Numbered from the stretch's first letter, positions 10,110 through 19,619 are shown. The stretch is 41,226 bases of DNA from Myxococcota bacterium (GCA_963676915.2 CAXXVK010000025.1:1-41226); one strand, 5' to 3'. Notes: generated by a model from the letters alone, not told the origin. A program made the numbers and translations.

Positions 10110-11213
10110 ATGCGGACCAACTCAGCGACGTTCCCCTTTTCTGCGATTGTGGGACAGCGACGGATGCGCCTGGCGCTACTGCTTAACGCCATCGATCCGG
10201 GAATCGGCGGCGTACTGATTCGTGGAGAAAAAGGAACGGCGAAATCCATTGCCGCACGCGGTCTTGCAGGACTCTGGCCGAGGCTCGACGCCGTAGCCGA
10301 CTGTCCCTTCGGATGCGATCCTGAAAATCCCTCGAAACAATGCGAATCCTGCCGGGAAAGAATCCAAGTGGGCGAAACCCTGCCGGTGGAGCATCGCGAG
10401 TTGCCGTTCGTCGATCTGCCGGTCAACGCCACCGAGGACCGCGTGGCCGGGACGCTGGACATCGAACGCGCCCTTCAGGATGGCGTCCGTGCCTTGCAGC
10501 CGGGACTATTGGCCCGAGCCAACCGGGGCGTGCTGTATATCGACGAAGTGAACCTGCTTGACGACCACCTCACCGATCTCTTGCTGGATGCGGCGGCGAT
10601 GGGCGTCAACGTGGTCGAGCGCGAGGGACTGTCGGTCAGTCATCCGGCGCGGTTTCTGCTGATCGGCACCATGAATCCCGAGGAAGGCGAGCTGCGTCCC
10701 CAACTGCTGGATCGCTTCGGTCTTTCCGTGCGCGCCGAACGCGTAACCGATCCCGAGCGGAGAAAAGAAATCATCCTTCGCCGCGAAGCTTTCGATGCCG
10801 ATCCGTCCGCTTTTGTAGAACGATTTGCACCGGATCAGCAAAAACTCTCCCAATCCCTGCAAAATGCCGCCGAAAACCTCGGACACATCGACATCGCCGA
10901 ATCGATGCTCGATCTCCTGGTGAGGGTCTGCGTGGAATTTGGGGTCGAAGGGCATCGGGCGGATATCGTCGCCACGAAAGCCGCACGCGCCGTGGCGGCG
11001 TTGGAAGGTCGCAAGGCGGTCGAAGTGGACGACATAGCGCGAGCGCTGGAATTGACGCTTCCGCATCGAATGCGCCGCAAACCCTTCGAGCAACCCGATC
11101 TCGATCCAAAAAAGCTACGGGACGCTATCGAAAAAATTCGTGGAGAGTTGGAAGAAACCGAGTCGGACGGAAAAAAAAAAGCCCCGGCAAACCCCGTGAC
11201 ACCCATCCGCTGA
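10110..11213 (+). CDS. chlI: ChlI/BchI-like Mg/Co chelatase AAA+ ATPase (zero-frame product; N-terminal half of a frameshifted ChlD)
   Basis: FPFSAIVGQ, GEKGTAKS, ATEDRVAGTLD, LYIDEVNLL, GTMNPEEGELRPQLLDRFG. Confidence 0.9.
   Translation: MRTNSATFPFSAIVGQRRMRLALLLNAIDPGIGGVLIRGEKGTAKSIAARGLAGLWPRLDAVADCPFGCDPENPSKQCESCRERIQVGETLPVEHRELPFVDLPVNATEDRVAGTLDIERALQDGVRALQPGLLARANRGVLYIDEVNLLDDHLTDLLLDAAAMGVNVVEREGLSVSHPARFLLIGTMNPEEGELRPQLLDRFGLSVRAERVTDPERRKEIILRREAFDADPSAFVERFAPDQQKLSQSLQNAAENLGHIDIAESMLDLLVRVCVEFGVEGHRADIVATKAARAVAALEGRKAVEVDDIARALELTLPHRMRRKPFEQPDLDPKKLRDAIEKIRGELEETESDGKKKAPANPVTPIR
11169..11181 (+). promoter_or_regulatory. Putative programmed frameshift/slippage site GG-A10-G
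   Basis: Ten consecutive A's at 11171-11180 sit in the overlap of the two chelatase frames. Confidence 0.7.
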
Positions 11214-12145
11214 AATCCCTCAATCAGGACAACCCGGCGATGAGTTGGGGAATGTCCGACAGTGAAGCTCCGTTGACGGTCTTCAAGGCTGCCCCCATCG
11301 AATTGGGCGACGAACGCGAGCTGATGAAAACCCGCATGGATCGCAAGCGCCGTCAGGCCGGAGGGCGGGGTGCCTCGTCCCTGGTGGATCGCGGACGGGG
11401 ACGGTATCGGCAGGCCCGCCCGGTAAAGGAACAGACTCAGGATATCGCCTTCGATGCCAGTCTGCGTGCCGCCGTATTACGCCAAAACGGCCAAGGTCGC
11501 GTCAAAATCGAAAAAGAAGACCTGCACGAAAAGCAGCGCTCGGGCAAAAGTACGGCGCTTGTGGTGTTCGTGGTGGATGCCAGCGGTTCGATGGGCGTAG
11601 AGCAGCGCATGTCGGCGGTCAAAGGGGCGGTGGTCAGCTTGCTGGAGCGGTCCTATATCCGACGGGATCGGGTATGCCTGATTTCCTTCAATCAAAACGA
11701 AGCCCACGTCGTGCTACCGCCGTCGCGTTCCATCGACCGGGCTTTGCGCGTGCTCGACGACATCCCCACCGGTGGGCGCACCCCACTGGCATCGGCGATG
11801 ATGAAAGCGCTCGATGTGATCCGCACCGAGTTGCACAAGTCGCAAAGTATCGTTCCGATGCTGTTTTTGCTCACCGATGGACGCGGGAACGTCGGCCTCG
11901 AAAGGCAACCCGACCTCAATCCCAAGGTGGCGGCGCTCAAAGATATCGAGCGCGCCATCAAGGCGGTGCAGGTATCGAAAGTCCGAACCGTGGTGATCGA
12001 CTGCGAAACCGGAAAATATCCCAAGGGATCGGCGGTGCAGCTTTCCCGAAAACTGGGCGCAGCCTATCGTTGCCTCGCTGTTCCGACAGCCGAGGGACTG
12101 GCTCACCTGATCGCCGATGCCGGAAGCTTCGACGATCGGGGATAG
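11171..12145 (+). CDS. chlD: ChlD/BchD C-terminal VWA domain, in the -1 frame relative to the chlI part
   Basis: DIAFDASLRAA; MIDAS motif VVDASGSM; GGRTPLA; LTDGRGN. The -1 frame is open from the A10 run (11171) through ATG 11240 to the stop at 12145. Confidence 0.85.
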   Translation, partial: KKKSPGKPRDTHPLKSLNQDNPAMSWGMSDSEAPLTVFKAAPIELGDERELMKTRMDRKRRQAGGRGASSLVDRGRGRYRQARPVKEQTQDIAFDASLRAAVLRQNGQGRVKIEKEDLHEKQRSGKSTALVVFVVDASGSMGVEQRMSAVKGAVVSLLERSYIRRDRVCLISFNQNEAHVVLPPSRSIDRALRVLDDIPTGGRTPLASAMMKALDVIRTELHKSQSIVPMLFLLTDGRGNVGLERQPDLNPKVAALKDIERAIKAVQVSKVRTVVIDCETGKYPKGSAVQLSRKLGAAYRCLAVPTAEGLAHLIADAGSFDDRG

Positions 12146-12176
12146 CCGTTTTTCGAACGATTTTTTTCGAAACGAA

Positions 12177-12560
12177 CTATTTCAGTACGGCTTTGGCCGT
12201 TTTGATATCGTCCAGATTCAGCACGCAACGGGCGCGGCCTGATTCCGGGTCGCCGACAATGTACACACCTTCGATGTTGACATGGGCGCGACTGAGTCGC
12301 TGAAGGATGGAAAGCAGACCGCCGGGTTTGTCCGGGACGGTCATTACAAGCACATCTTTACGTTCGAAAGCGATTTTCGCCTGTTTGAGCAGGGAAGCGA
12401 GGCTTCCGGCATCTTCGGGAATCAGGCGCAGGATCGCACCGTCCTGGCTGGCGAAAGTGGCGGCGGCGGTAAGGTTCAGTTTTTTCACCTTATAAAGCAG
12501 CTTTTTCATTTCGCCGGGACGATTGGGGAGAAAAATGGAGAATTGCTTGTGTACTTTCAT
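12177..12560 (-). CDS. Tandem ACT-domain protein
   Basis: QFSIFLPNRPGEM and VPDKPGGLLSILQRLSRAHVNIEGVY ACT repeats; AGGAGG RBS. Confidence 0.88.
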   Translation of the reverse strand: MKVHKQFSIFLPNRPGEMKKLLYKVKKLNLTAAATFASQDGAILRLIPEDAGSLASLLKQAKIAFERKDVLVMTVPDKPGGLLSILQRLSRAHVNIEGVYIVGDPESGRARCVLNLDDIKTAKAVLK

Positions 12561-12646
12561 AACCCCTCCTGTTTGAATACTATCGAAACCATTTTACCAC
12601 AAAACAGGAAGGGTCGAAAGCGGATTCGCCCAGGGGATTTCACCCC

Positions 12647-12848
12647 GGGTGCATCACAAAATAGTGCGACTTTCGTAAAATCCCCTTTTTTCGTAGCGGC
12701 GAGGCGTAAGCCCGCCGTTTTTGCCTTTTGAAAGTTGCTTTTATGCCCCCAATCTCCCTTTTCGGCGGGCTTACGCCTCGCCGCTACAACCCAATGAATG
12801 AATGCTTCAATAGTATTGGGCCAATTCGCACCATTTTGTGATGCACCC
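12647..12848. mobile_element. MITE-like element (202 bp) with 23-bp terminal inverted repeats
   Basis: GGGTGCATCACAAAATAGTGCGA (12647-12669) and TCGCACCATTTTGTGATGCACCC (12826-12848), one mismatch. Flanked by TTTCACCCC and CTTCACCCC (9-bp direct repeat, one mismatch). Confidence 0.75.
12693..12787. repeat. GTAG-type REP doublet (REPIN-like)
   Basis: GTAGCGGCGAGGCGTAAGCCCGCCG (12693-12717) and its perfect reverse complement (12763-12787). Confidence 0.8.
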
Positions 12849-13077
12849 CTTCACCCCGGAGGGAAATTTGCTTTTATTTCAGGTTGTTGCACATTGTCCA
12901 GGTATGTTATTGCACTTTTTTAATGTCCGCCCCTTCACCCATTTTTTAACGTATGAATTTGAATTCATCGACCGTTTTGAGTTTTTACAAAGATGGGAAT
13001 CGCAAAGCCATGCTGGACGCCTTCGAAACAGAGAACTTTTCAAAGAAGTACGTGCGATTTAAATAAAACGTGCTCAC

Positions 13078-14370
13078 CTAACGAATTAATATATCATTCT
13101 CCGATTCGAGAGGTTTCGATAAAGCCGACCCCGTCACGGCTTCTTTTGCCAAGCTGATTTTTCGGAGATAACGTAGGCGATTCAACAACATAGACAACGA
13201 TGGAACGGTTTTTTCCTTCATGTTTTCACTATGTTCGTGTGACTCGTCTTTTGTTGGCTCTACCGGAGAATGACCCGACCTCGCAAGACTCACGGCCTGA
13301 GATCGTATCCACTCCATCAACTTCCGCAATCGGAAACGACCGTCTTTTCCTCTACCGACGAGTTGTTGATAGTGCTCAATGACGTCCCGTTTTCGTTTCC
13401 ATGAACTTGCGCCGAAAAGCAACTCGAATTTCATAGGCAAACAGGCGGGATAGCTGCGAACGAGAAATTCCAATTCGGCGGAGGTGTCTTTGGAGTGCCG
13501 AGGCAGGGAATGTTCCCAGGAAAAGCTTTGTGAAGGCAGGACTCCCACTCGACGAAGAAGCGCGAGTTCCTGGACAAGTGCGTTGGTCAATTCGAAGGGA
13601 GGAATGGACGTTTCCATCCACGAAATCTCTTTGGACTCTATTTGGCAAGCAAGGGCTGCAATTTCCATATGGGTCCGAAGGGGAGCGTCTCCTCGATGTT
13701 GAACCAAAGCGTGGTGACACAAATACAACAGGTGCTCGGCCTTGGTCGCTTCGAGAGAATTTCCTGTCGGGTTTCGTTCGAGCGCTTGACGCCAAAGCCA
13801 ATCGGCAGCGGGATTGACAGACGCTTCGTGGGGATGGGCTTCCACTACGATGCGACCTTCGAAAGGAGGAAAATGGCGGTGCAGCGTAGAAAAAACGTTC
13901 GAATGCGAGCGGTAGCCTCGATCGGTCATCAACGCCGCTAGTGCCGAATACCGGTCCGAACGGATGATGATATCGAAGTCCAGGTATTCACGTGGAATAT
14001 CGGGAGGATAAACCAACCGTCGAATGCGTGGCCCTTTGATCGTCATCCATTGCAGACCGGCCTTAGCGAATACTTTCTCCAGCCGGAGGAACTCCAGTTC
14101 TCGTTGAAGAGCCTCGTACCGCGTTTCAGCCAGGTGTTTGCGCCATTTTGCGACCAGTTCTTCTGGGATTGGCAGCAACCCCCGTTCGGCATGTCTTCCA
14201 AGGGTGCAGACCACTTTGTTATGCACCGCCAGCCAATGCAACAACTGTAGATCACCCGGCAAAGGCGGTGGCGGACCCTGTATCGAAAGACGCGAGGCCC
14301 ATAGAAGCCAATTCATGCCATCGGCGGGAAAAGTCGAGGTATAACCTGGAGTGGAAGATCGGCGACTCAT
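13078..14370 (-). CDS. Nucleotidyltransferase-family protein (NTP_transf_5-like, RiPP-cluster-associated type)
   Basis: MTIKGPRIRRLVYP...REYLDFDIII motif, VEAH, HLLYLCHHA; ATGA overlap with the ABC gene. Confidence 0.75.
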   Translation of the reverse strand: MSRRSSTPGYTSTFPADGMNWLLWASRLSIQGPPPPLPGDLQLLHWLAVHNKVVCTLGRHAERGLLPIPEELVAKWRKHLAETRYEALQRELEFLRLEKVFAKAGLQWMTIKGPRIRRLVYPPDIPREYLDFDIIIRSDRYSALAALMTDRGYRSHSNVFSTLHRHFPPFEGRIVVEAHPHEASVNPAADWLWRQALERNPTGNSLEATKAEHLLYLCHHALVQHRGDAPLRTHMEIAALACQIESKEISWMETSIPPFELTNALVQELALLRRVGVLPSQSFSWEHSLPRHSKDTSAELEFLVRSYPACLPMKFELLFGASSWKRKRDVIEHYQQLVGRGKDGRFRLRKLMEWIRSQAVSLARSGHSPVEPTKDESHEHSENMKEKTVPSLSMLLNRLRYLRKISLAKEAVTGSALSKPLESENDILIR

Positions 14371-16208
14371 GATCGTTCCCGGTAATGATTGGCTTGTGTC
14401 GCAAAACGATGGGCGTATTTTCCGCCTAGCTCGATCAATTCCTCATGGGTTCCCTGCTCCACTAGACGACCATCGCCGAGCACACAGATACGATCGCACA
14501 AACGAGCCAGAGACAAACGATGGGTGGCAAGCAGTCCCAGGCTCTGATGAAGATGTTTCCTCAACTCCTCGATGAAATTCCGTTCGGCCCGTGTGTCCAT
14601 GGAAGCGGTCGGTTCGTCGAGCACATACAGGCGGGAATGCCGTACATACGCTCTGGCCAGCGCGACTTTTTGCCACTCGCCCAGGCTCAATTCCGCACCA
14701 CCCTGGAACAGACGCCCCAGAGTCGTATGATACCCTTCCGGGAGTTTTTCAATGGTTTCGTGGAGTTGCGCTTGTCTGGCGGATCGCTCAAGCTCGCAAG
14801 ATTCCAAATCTCGCGTAGTGTCGCCAAAACCGATATTTTCGGCAGCCGTAAACTGAAATCGTGCAAAATCCTGAAAAACGGCGCTCACCGATTGCCGCAA
14901 AGCATTTTTCGAAACGTCTCGCAGGTCGATTCCTTCCAGTTGCAGGTGACCCTTGGTGGGGTCATACAGCCTACAGGCAAGTTTCATCAACGTGGTTTTT
15001 CCCGAACCGTTGTCCCCAACAAGCGCTACAAGTTCTCCGGGATGAATTGTAAGATCGATCTCCGAGAGCGCATTACGCTCGGCATGAGGATATCGGAACG
15101 AAACGGAGGAAAAAGAGAGTCCATCGTTGAACGTTGTTGGAAGGGCTGTTGGAACAGGCTTGTCAACCACCGTTGGGGGCAGGTCGAGAAAGCGGAAAAA
15201 GTGGGAAAGAAACAGGTTATCTTCGTACAATCCAGCCAGACCCGACATCGTTTCGGTGATATATTGCTGGCCGCGCTGGAATGCCAGCATAACCATAGCC
15301 AGATCTCCCACCGTGTAACGCCCCTCGAAAACTCCATGAGCGATCCAAACCAATGCGCCGAACAGAGCCAAAGCCGTCCCCAAATGGGTTGCCGATTCCC
15401 TTAAAGAGCGTTGATAGGCAATGGACGACTTCGCGGTACGAATTTTGTCGCGCAAAAGAATAAATCGGTTTTTCAGCCAAGCGCCGATATCGAAAAGCCG
15501 TATCTCCTTGGCGAACGTTTCCTGGGTCATCACCCAATTGATATAGTTGGCTTGTCGTTCGGTCTCGGCCATGCCTGTCTGCCAGGCAAACCATTTGCGG
15601 GAGTAATACAATTTCACGAGCATTCCGGGTATAGCGGCTCCGAATAACACCAGAGCCAACACCCACGAGCCAAGCCAGACGACTCCTGCCACCCCCAATA
15701 GCGCCAGACCGTTTTGGCCTACTCGCGCAAGGTTGGTCATGATTCGTGCCGGTCGATAAAACGCCTCGCGTTGCGCCAGATGCATGGAGTCGTGGTAGTT
15801 TGGCGACTCGTAGTATTCAAGATCAGCATCCAACGATCGGGTATGCAACGATGAACTTACGTTGTCCGTCAGCCGTTGGGACTGAACGGTGGTCAGCCAC
15901 TCCAGCCATGCACGTCCCAACGAAGCCAGAAGCAGGGCCAGCGTGCCACAACCGATCAGAAACAAAACGTGCCGAAACGCATCTTCCGAGTGGAATCCCG
16001 TATCCATTCCCGACTGCACGGCTTCCAAGGCCAGCTTCGTCAGGTACAACGAAACCGCCAGCAAGGCTCCACGAGTGATTTGCAGTGTCAGGCTGGCACA
16101 GAACAAACCAGGACCGACAGACCATACAAGCTGCAAGGCCCGAATCAAGTGAGTGAAAAAATGCGAAAATGACGGTTCTTTAGTGCTTTGTATGTTGTTT
16201 TCAGGCAT
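14367..16208 (-). CDS. ABC transporter, fused permease/ATP-binding exporter
   Basis: N-terminal TM helices, AKEIRLF, Walker A GDNGSGKTT, signature LSLGEWQKVALARA, LDEPTASMD. ATG at 16208 lies just after the rSAM stop. Confidence 0.93.
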   Translation of the reverse strand: MPENNIQSTKEPSFSHFFTHLIRALQLVWSVGPGLFCASLTLQITRGALLAVSLYLTKLALEAVQSGMDTGFHSEDAFRHVLFLIGCGTLALLLASLGRAWLEWLTTVQSQRLTDNVSSSLHTRSLDADLEYYESPNYHDSMHLAQREAFYRPARIMTNLARVGQNGLALLGVAGVVWLGSWVLALVLFGAAIPGMLVKLYYSRKWFAWQTGMAETERQANYINWVMTQETFAKEIRLFDIGAWLKNRFILLRDKIRTAKSSIAYQRSLRESATHLGTALALFGALVWIAHGVFEGRYTVGDLAMVMLAFQRGQQYITETMSGLAGLYEDNLFLSHFFRFLDLPPTVVDKPVPTALPTTFNDGLSFSSVSFRYPHAERNALSEIDLTIHPGELVALVGDNGSGKTTLMKLACRLYDPTKGHLQLEGIDLRDVSKNALRQSVSAVFQDFARFQFTAAENIGFGDTTRDLESCELERSARQAQLHETIEKLPEGYHTTLGRLFQGGAELSLGEWQKVALARAYVRHSRLYVLDEPTASMDTRAERNFIEELRKHLHQSLGLLATHRLSLARLCDRICVLGDGRLVEQGTHEELIELGGKYAHRFATQANHYRERS

Positions 16209-16210
16209 TT

Positions 16211-17506
16211 TCAGTCTCTTTCCGCCATCGCAACACACAATTGATTGAAATACTCCCGTGCGTATTCTTTATGCGCCTTGCAAGTAGGATCGGGAGTTTC
16301 AAAGCTTCCAGTACTCTGCCACGCCAAGGCGGGACATCCACCCGCGCAAAGTCCTTTCAGACCACAAGATCGGCACTCGCGAATCGTTCGTTTGCGGTCT
16401 GTTACACGTTGCCTGAGTTCCGACAAAACCGAAGAATGCGCCACATCTGCCAAATCGTCGTTGATCGAACCCAACCGAAATTCGGGATGTATCAGTAATG
16501 CACAAGGGTACACTTCGCCATCGGACGTGATCACCAGTCGCGATCCGATGTCGCAGGGGAGATTCTCGTTCGTGAATTCGTCGCAGGTTGCTCCGGGAAG
16601 TCCGGTAAACCCGATAGAAACGGGAATCGGCCACTGTTGACCGACCACGGCTCGAGCCGCCTCTTTGGCCCATTCCACCAGTGGCGTTCCATCATAGCTT
16701 AACGAAACACGGAGCTTCGATCCTTGTTGCATTCCATGCAACGGCATGAAACGAACGCGACCCGCTCCAAGCTTTTCAGCCAGGTCCACGGTTTGTCGAG
16801 TCAAGGAAACGTTTTCATTGGTCAACGTACTGTTGATAACCAGCTTTTTCGCCGGCAGGCACTCACGAAGCAACCGAATGCCATTCAGTGCAGAAACAAA
16901 TCCTCCGCTCCCCGCTAATACATCATGATAACGAGCCTCCGGACCATGCACGCTGGCAAGCACCGTGACATCATGTTTTGCCGCCAATGTGGCAAATTCT
17001 GCGTCGATTCGTGTCGCATTGGTCAACACCGACAATTTCAGTCCCAACCCCTTCAAACGACGGATGATATCTGGCAACTCGGGATGAGTCAGAGGTTCTC
17101 CCCCGGAAATGGCAACCTGTTCGAGCCCTTCGGGTAGAAGTTGATCTGCCATACGCTCGATCTCGTCTGCACCAAGTTTTTGTCCGGTTCGAGTCGGATA
17201 ATAACAATGGGCACACCGCAGGTTGCATACGTCCGTGATATGCAAAAACAAGGAACGAATTTTTCCCGTTGCAGCCGGGTTTTGCGATTTTTTTTCGAAA
17301 GGAGTCATCGCGAACAGATCGTCGGAAGCGCGATTCGCCGCCTGCGAAAAAGCTTCTGCGGAACCAAAAGCTTCCTGCGCCAAACGTACCAAGGCCCAAT
17401 GCGAATTATTTTGGCAGGTTACAACCGCCATGCCCGGAGACGAATCAACAGGCCAGAGCATCCGCCGTTTTCCATCGTTTTCCAGTTGTAAAGCGTTTCC
17501 GATCAA
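16211..17506 (-). CDS. Radical SAM/SPASM-domain enzyme
   Basis: CNLRCAHC (CxxxCxxC), ISGGEP; SPASM Cys array CDIG...GEVYPC...CRSCGLKGLCAGGC...C. TTG start. Confidence 0.92.
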   Translation of the reverse strand: MIGNALQLENDGKRRMLWPVDSSPGMAVVTCQNNSHWALVRLAQEAFGSAEAFSQAANRASDDLFAMTPFEKKSQNPAATGKIRSLFLHITDVCNLRCAHCYYPTRTGQKLGADEIERMADQLLPEGLEQVAISGGEPLTHPELPDIIRRLKGLGLKLSVLTNATRIDAEFATLAAKHDVTVLASVHGPEARYHDVLAGSGGFVSALNGIRLLRECLPAKKLVINSTLTNENVSLTRQTVDLAEKLGAGRVRFMPLHGMQQGSKLRVSLSYDGTPLVEWAKEAARAVVGQQWPIPVSIGFTGLPGATCDEFTNENLPCDIGSRLVITSDGEVYPCALLIHPEFRLGSINDDLADVAHSSVLSELRQRVTDRKRTIRECRSCGLKGLCAGGCPALAWQSTGSFETPDPTCKAHKEYAREYFNQLCVAMAERD

Positions 17507-17510
17507 TGGT

Positions 17511-18641
17511 TCATCTCGCGTCTTGATTCTTTGTTGATGAAGCTTCCTCGATGCAGTTCATGACGGTACGAGCTCGCTGTTCCACGTCACCCCCTTTGAG
17601 AAGATAGCTTTTGGCGTTGAACAGTACCCGGTCCAATACCGACCAGTGCGATTTCATTCGGAAATTTCCCGGCGGACAGTTCGCCGCCAACCCCAGCTTG
17701 CATACGGTGTTCTTTAGAGATTTCAAAACCGGCGGCCCTTGACGGTTCGGTGTCTCAAGCGGTGCGCAGGCAACGAATACGGCATGAAGGGAACTTTTTT
17801 CGATGGTGTCGTGCAACTCTCCCAAACTATAAACACCGGGTTTGGGGATGAAATTGCCTTGAACGACGGCCAAACCGTTCTCTTCCATCCGCTCGACAGA
17901 CCGTACTTTTGCCTCGGACAGCACTCGGACAAAAGCTTCCGCGTCATGAGGATGACAGCCAATTCGAATTTTTTGAGGATGAGTTCCAGGAAAAATTCTA
18001 TCCAGGAAAAAAATCCAGCCTACCTCGCAGGGGGATTTTTCCAGTTGCCGAGGTGCCTGAACCGTATGTTTTCCAATGACATTCCGGTTGAGATTCTTCC
18101 GATCTTTGGGAGAATGAACGAGTTCCAGACTCCGAGGAAACGGTTGCACCCATCCCGATTCTGAAGCGATCGGAATCTGACCCTCTGTAAGCAACGACAA
18201 TCCTTGCCGATGCAGAGCCATCGCCAACGAGGTTTTTCCAGAACCGGAGCCGCCCACGAATAACACGGCCCTCCCATTTGAAGCTACCGCCGAACCATGC
18301 GTTAACAGATGGTTTTGGGAAAGCGCTGCCAGAGTGCATTGATGCGTCAGAACTTTTATATGCCAGGCTTTATGGGGTTCAGGAAGGATGTTTATGTCGT
18401 ATTTGGATGTTGTTTTTATACGATGCGAGATCTTTTGAGGACTTTTCCCCTCTTCGATGCTGTGTATTATTTTCAATCCGGCGGTGGATTGACCCACTTC
18501 CAAAAGGGCCGTCGCCGGAAGATGATCCTCAGGAACGGGAAATCGACTCCATGCCAATTCGGCCAACGATAGATCATGAGGCGTTTCGGCACGAACCTCC
18601 AAAACCTGATCCACCACGTGACGCCGTAAAATTACCGTCAT
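17511..18641 (-). CDS. HprK-related P-loop kinase
   Basis: HGSAVASNGRAVLFVGGSGSGKTSLA, followed by VQPFPR. Confidence 0.75.
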   Translation of the reverse strand: MTVILRRHVVDQVLEVRAETPHDLSLAELAWSRFPVPEDHLPATALLEVGQSTAGLKIIHSIEEGKSPQKISHRIKTTSKYDINILPEPHKAWHIKVLTHQCTLAALSQNHLLTHGSAVASNGRAVLFVGGSGSGKTSLAMALHRQGLSLLTEGQIPIASESGWVQPFPRSLELVHSPKDRKNLNRNVIGKHTVQAPRQLEKSPCEVGWIFFLDRIFPGTHPQKIRIGCHPHDAEAFVRVLSEAKVRSVERMEENGLAVVQGNFIPKPGVYSLGELHDTIEKSSLHAVFVACAPLETPNRQGPPVLKSLKNTVCKLGLAANCPPGNFRMKSHWSVLDRVLFNAKSYLLKGGDVEQRARTVMNCIEEASSTKNQDAR

Positions 18642-19108
18642 GACAGGGATTTCCTCCCCGTTTGGGGAATAACCGACAGCAACGGCAATCCCTTACGAAC
18701 CAACGCAAAACCGATCTTGCGAAAAATCGGGCGACTTCGACGAACGGACCATTGGTGATCCAACCAATGGGAAACACGCCATCCAAGACCGTGACGCAGA
18801 TCGAGCAAACCTGTGGGAAATTGTATTCCGGCAATCAAGCCAACCAGTTGCCTGTCGTCACGCCATGTTACGGTGCCGGATGCATCGCCACGTTCGGCGA
18901 TCATGATTTTCTTGTCATCGATTTTCACATCCATAACACGATGGGCGATCAGTTTTTTACCACGTCGAAACACGGCAATATCACCCCGTGCGATGTTGTC
19001 GGCTGAACATGGCACCACAAGCACATTCGTACCGGGGGGTAACAACGGGTCCATCGACCGGCCTGCGATGTTCAACGAAAAGGCGTGATGTGAAACACGT
19101 TTTTTCAT
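18638..19108 (-). CDS. S24/S26-family (signal peptidase I-like) peptidase
   Basis: GRSMDP (catalytic Ser), GDIAVF, IAHRV, ERGD. Confidence 0.82.
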   Translation of the reverse strand: MKKRVSHHAFSLNIAGRSMDPLLPPGTNVLVVPCSADNIARGDIAVFRRGKKLIAHRVMDVKIDDKKIMIAERGDASGTVTWRDDRQLVGLIAGIQFPTGLLDLRHGLGWRVSHWLDHQWSVRRSRPIFRKIGFALVRKGLPLLSVIPQTGRKSLS

Positions 19109-19380
19109 GGGCTGGTTTCCAGTATCGCTCGATAGTCCGACGCTGTTTCAAGAAAAGAGTCGATGTCGTGTTTTAAAGCTTCTTTGGAGATTTTGGGATA
19201 CTTTGCAGTCAATACGTCCAACAATTGAGAGGCCGACGCTGGCGTTTCCAATTCGCGCCACAGCACAGCGCCGGACGAATTGAACTCGATGACTTTTGAC
19301 GACTCGGCGTCGATCAGCAAGACTCCATCTCCCAGATCTTCGGGGAAAAACTCGGGGTTGCGTGTATATCTTTTAGCCAT
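19105..19380 (-). CDS. PqqD-family RiPP recognition element (RRE)
   Basis: EDLGDGVLLID...FNSSGAVLWREL...LLDVLTAKY...DIDSFLE matches the PqqD three-strand/three-helix pattern; GGGAG RBS before ATG 19380. Confidence 0.85.
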   Translation of the reverse strand: MAKRYTRNPEFFPEDLGDGVLLIDAESSKVIEFNSSGAVLWRELETPASASQLLDVLTAKYPKISKEALKHDIDSFLETASDYRAILETSP

Positions 19381-19409
19381 GGTTTTGCTCCCGGATCGAG
19401 AAAGGAGAC

Positions 19410-19619
19410 TCAGAAGAGATCGGGGGTGGGGCTGCACGCCTGAGCAGGCCCAAGACCTTTGATGAATTCATCCCCATCATGAACGATCAATTGGGGCGGT
19501 TCATACGTTTCCGTATCTTTGGAATGCTTTTGAACCGGATTACCGGTTGGTGGCGAATCTTTTTCGCACGCTTGATTTCCAATGTTTAAAAGATACTTGA
19601 AAAGACGGGAATGTTTCAT
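19410..19619 (-). CDS. Putative RiPP precursor peptide (69 aa, YxxP leader motif)
   Basis: GAGGTG RBS before ATG 19619; ends ...TYEPPQLIVHDGDEFIKGLGPAQACSPTPDLF; lies directly upstream of the RRE gene. Confidence 0.7.
   Translation of the reverse strand: MKHSRLFKYLLNIGNQACEKDSPPTGNPVQKHSKDTETYEPPQLIVHDGDEFIKGLGPAQACSPTPDLF

Noticed and set aside
10020-10110. Cobalamin riboswitch upstream of the chelatase
   Set aside because: CCCGCTACAGTG only loosely resembles the core motif, and I could not find the B12-box or the other conserved elements.
13078-19619. Lasso peptide gene cluster
   Set aside because: No asparagine-synthetase-like cyclase or transglutaminase-like B2 protease is present, and the peptide lacks lasso core features.
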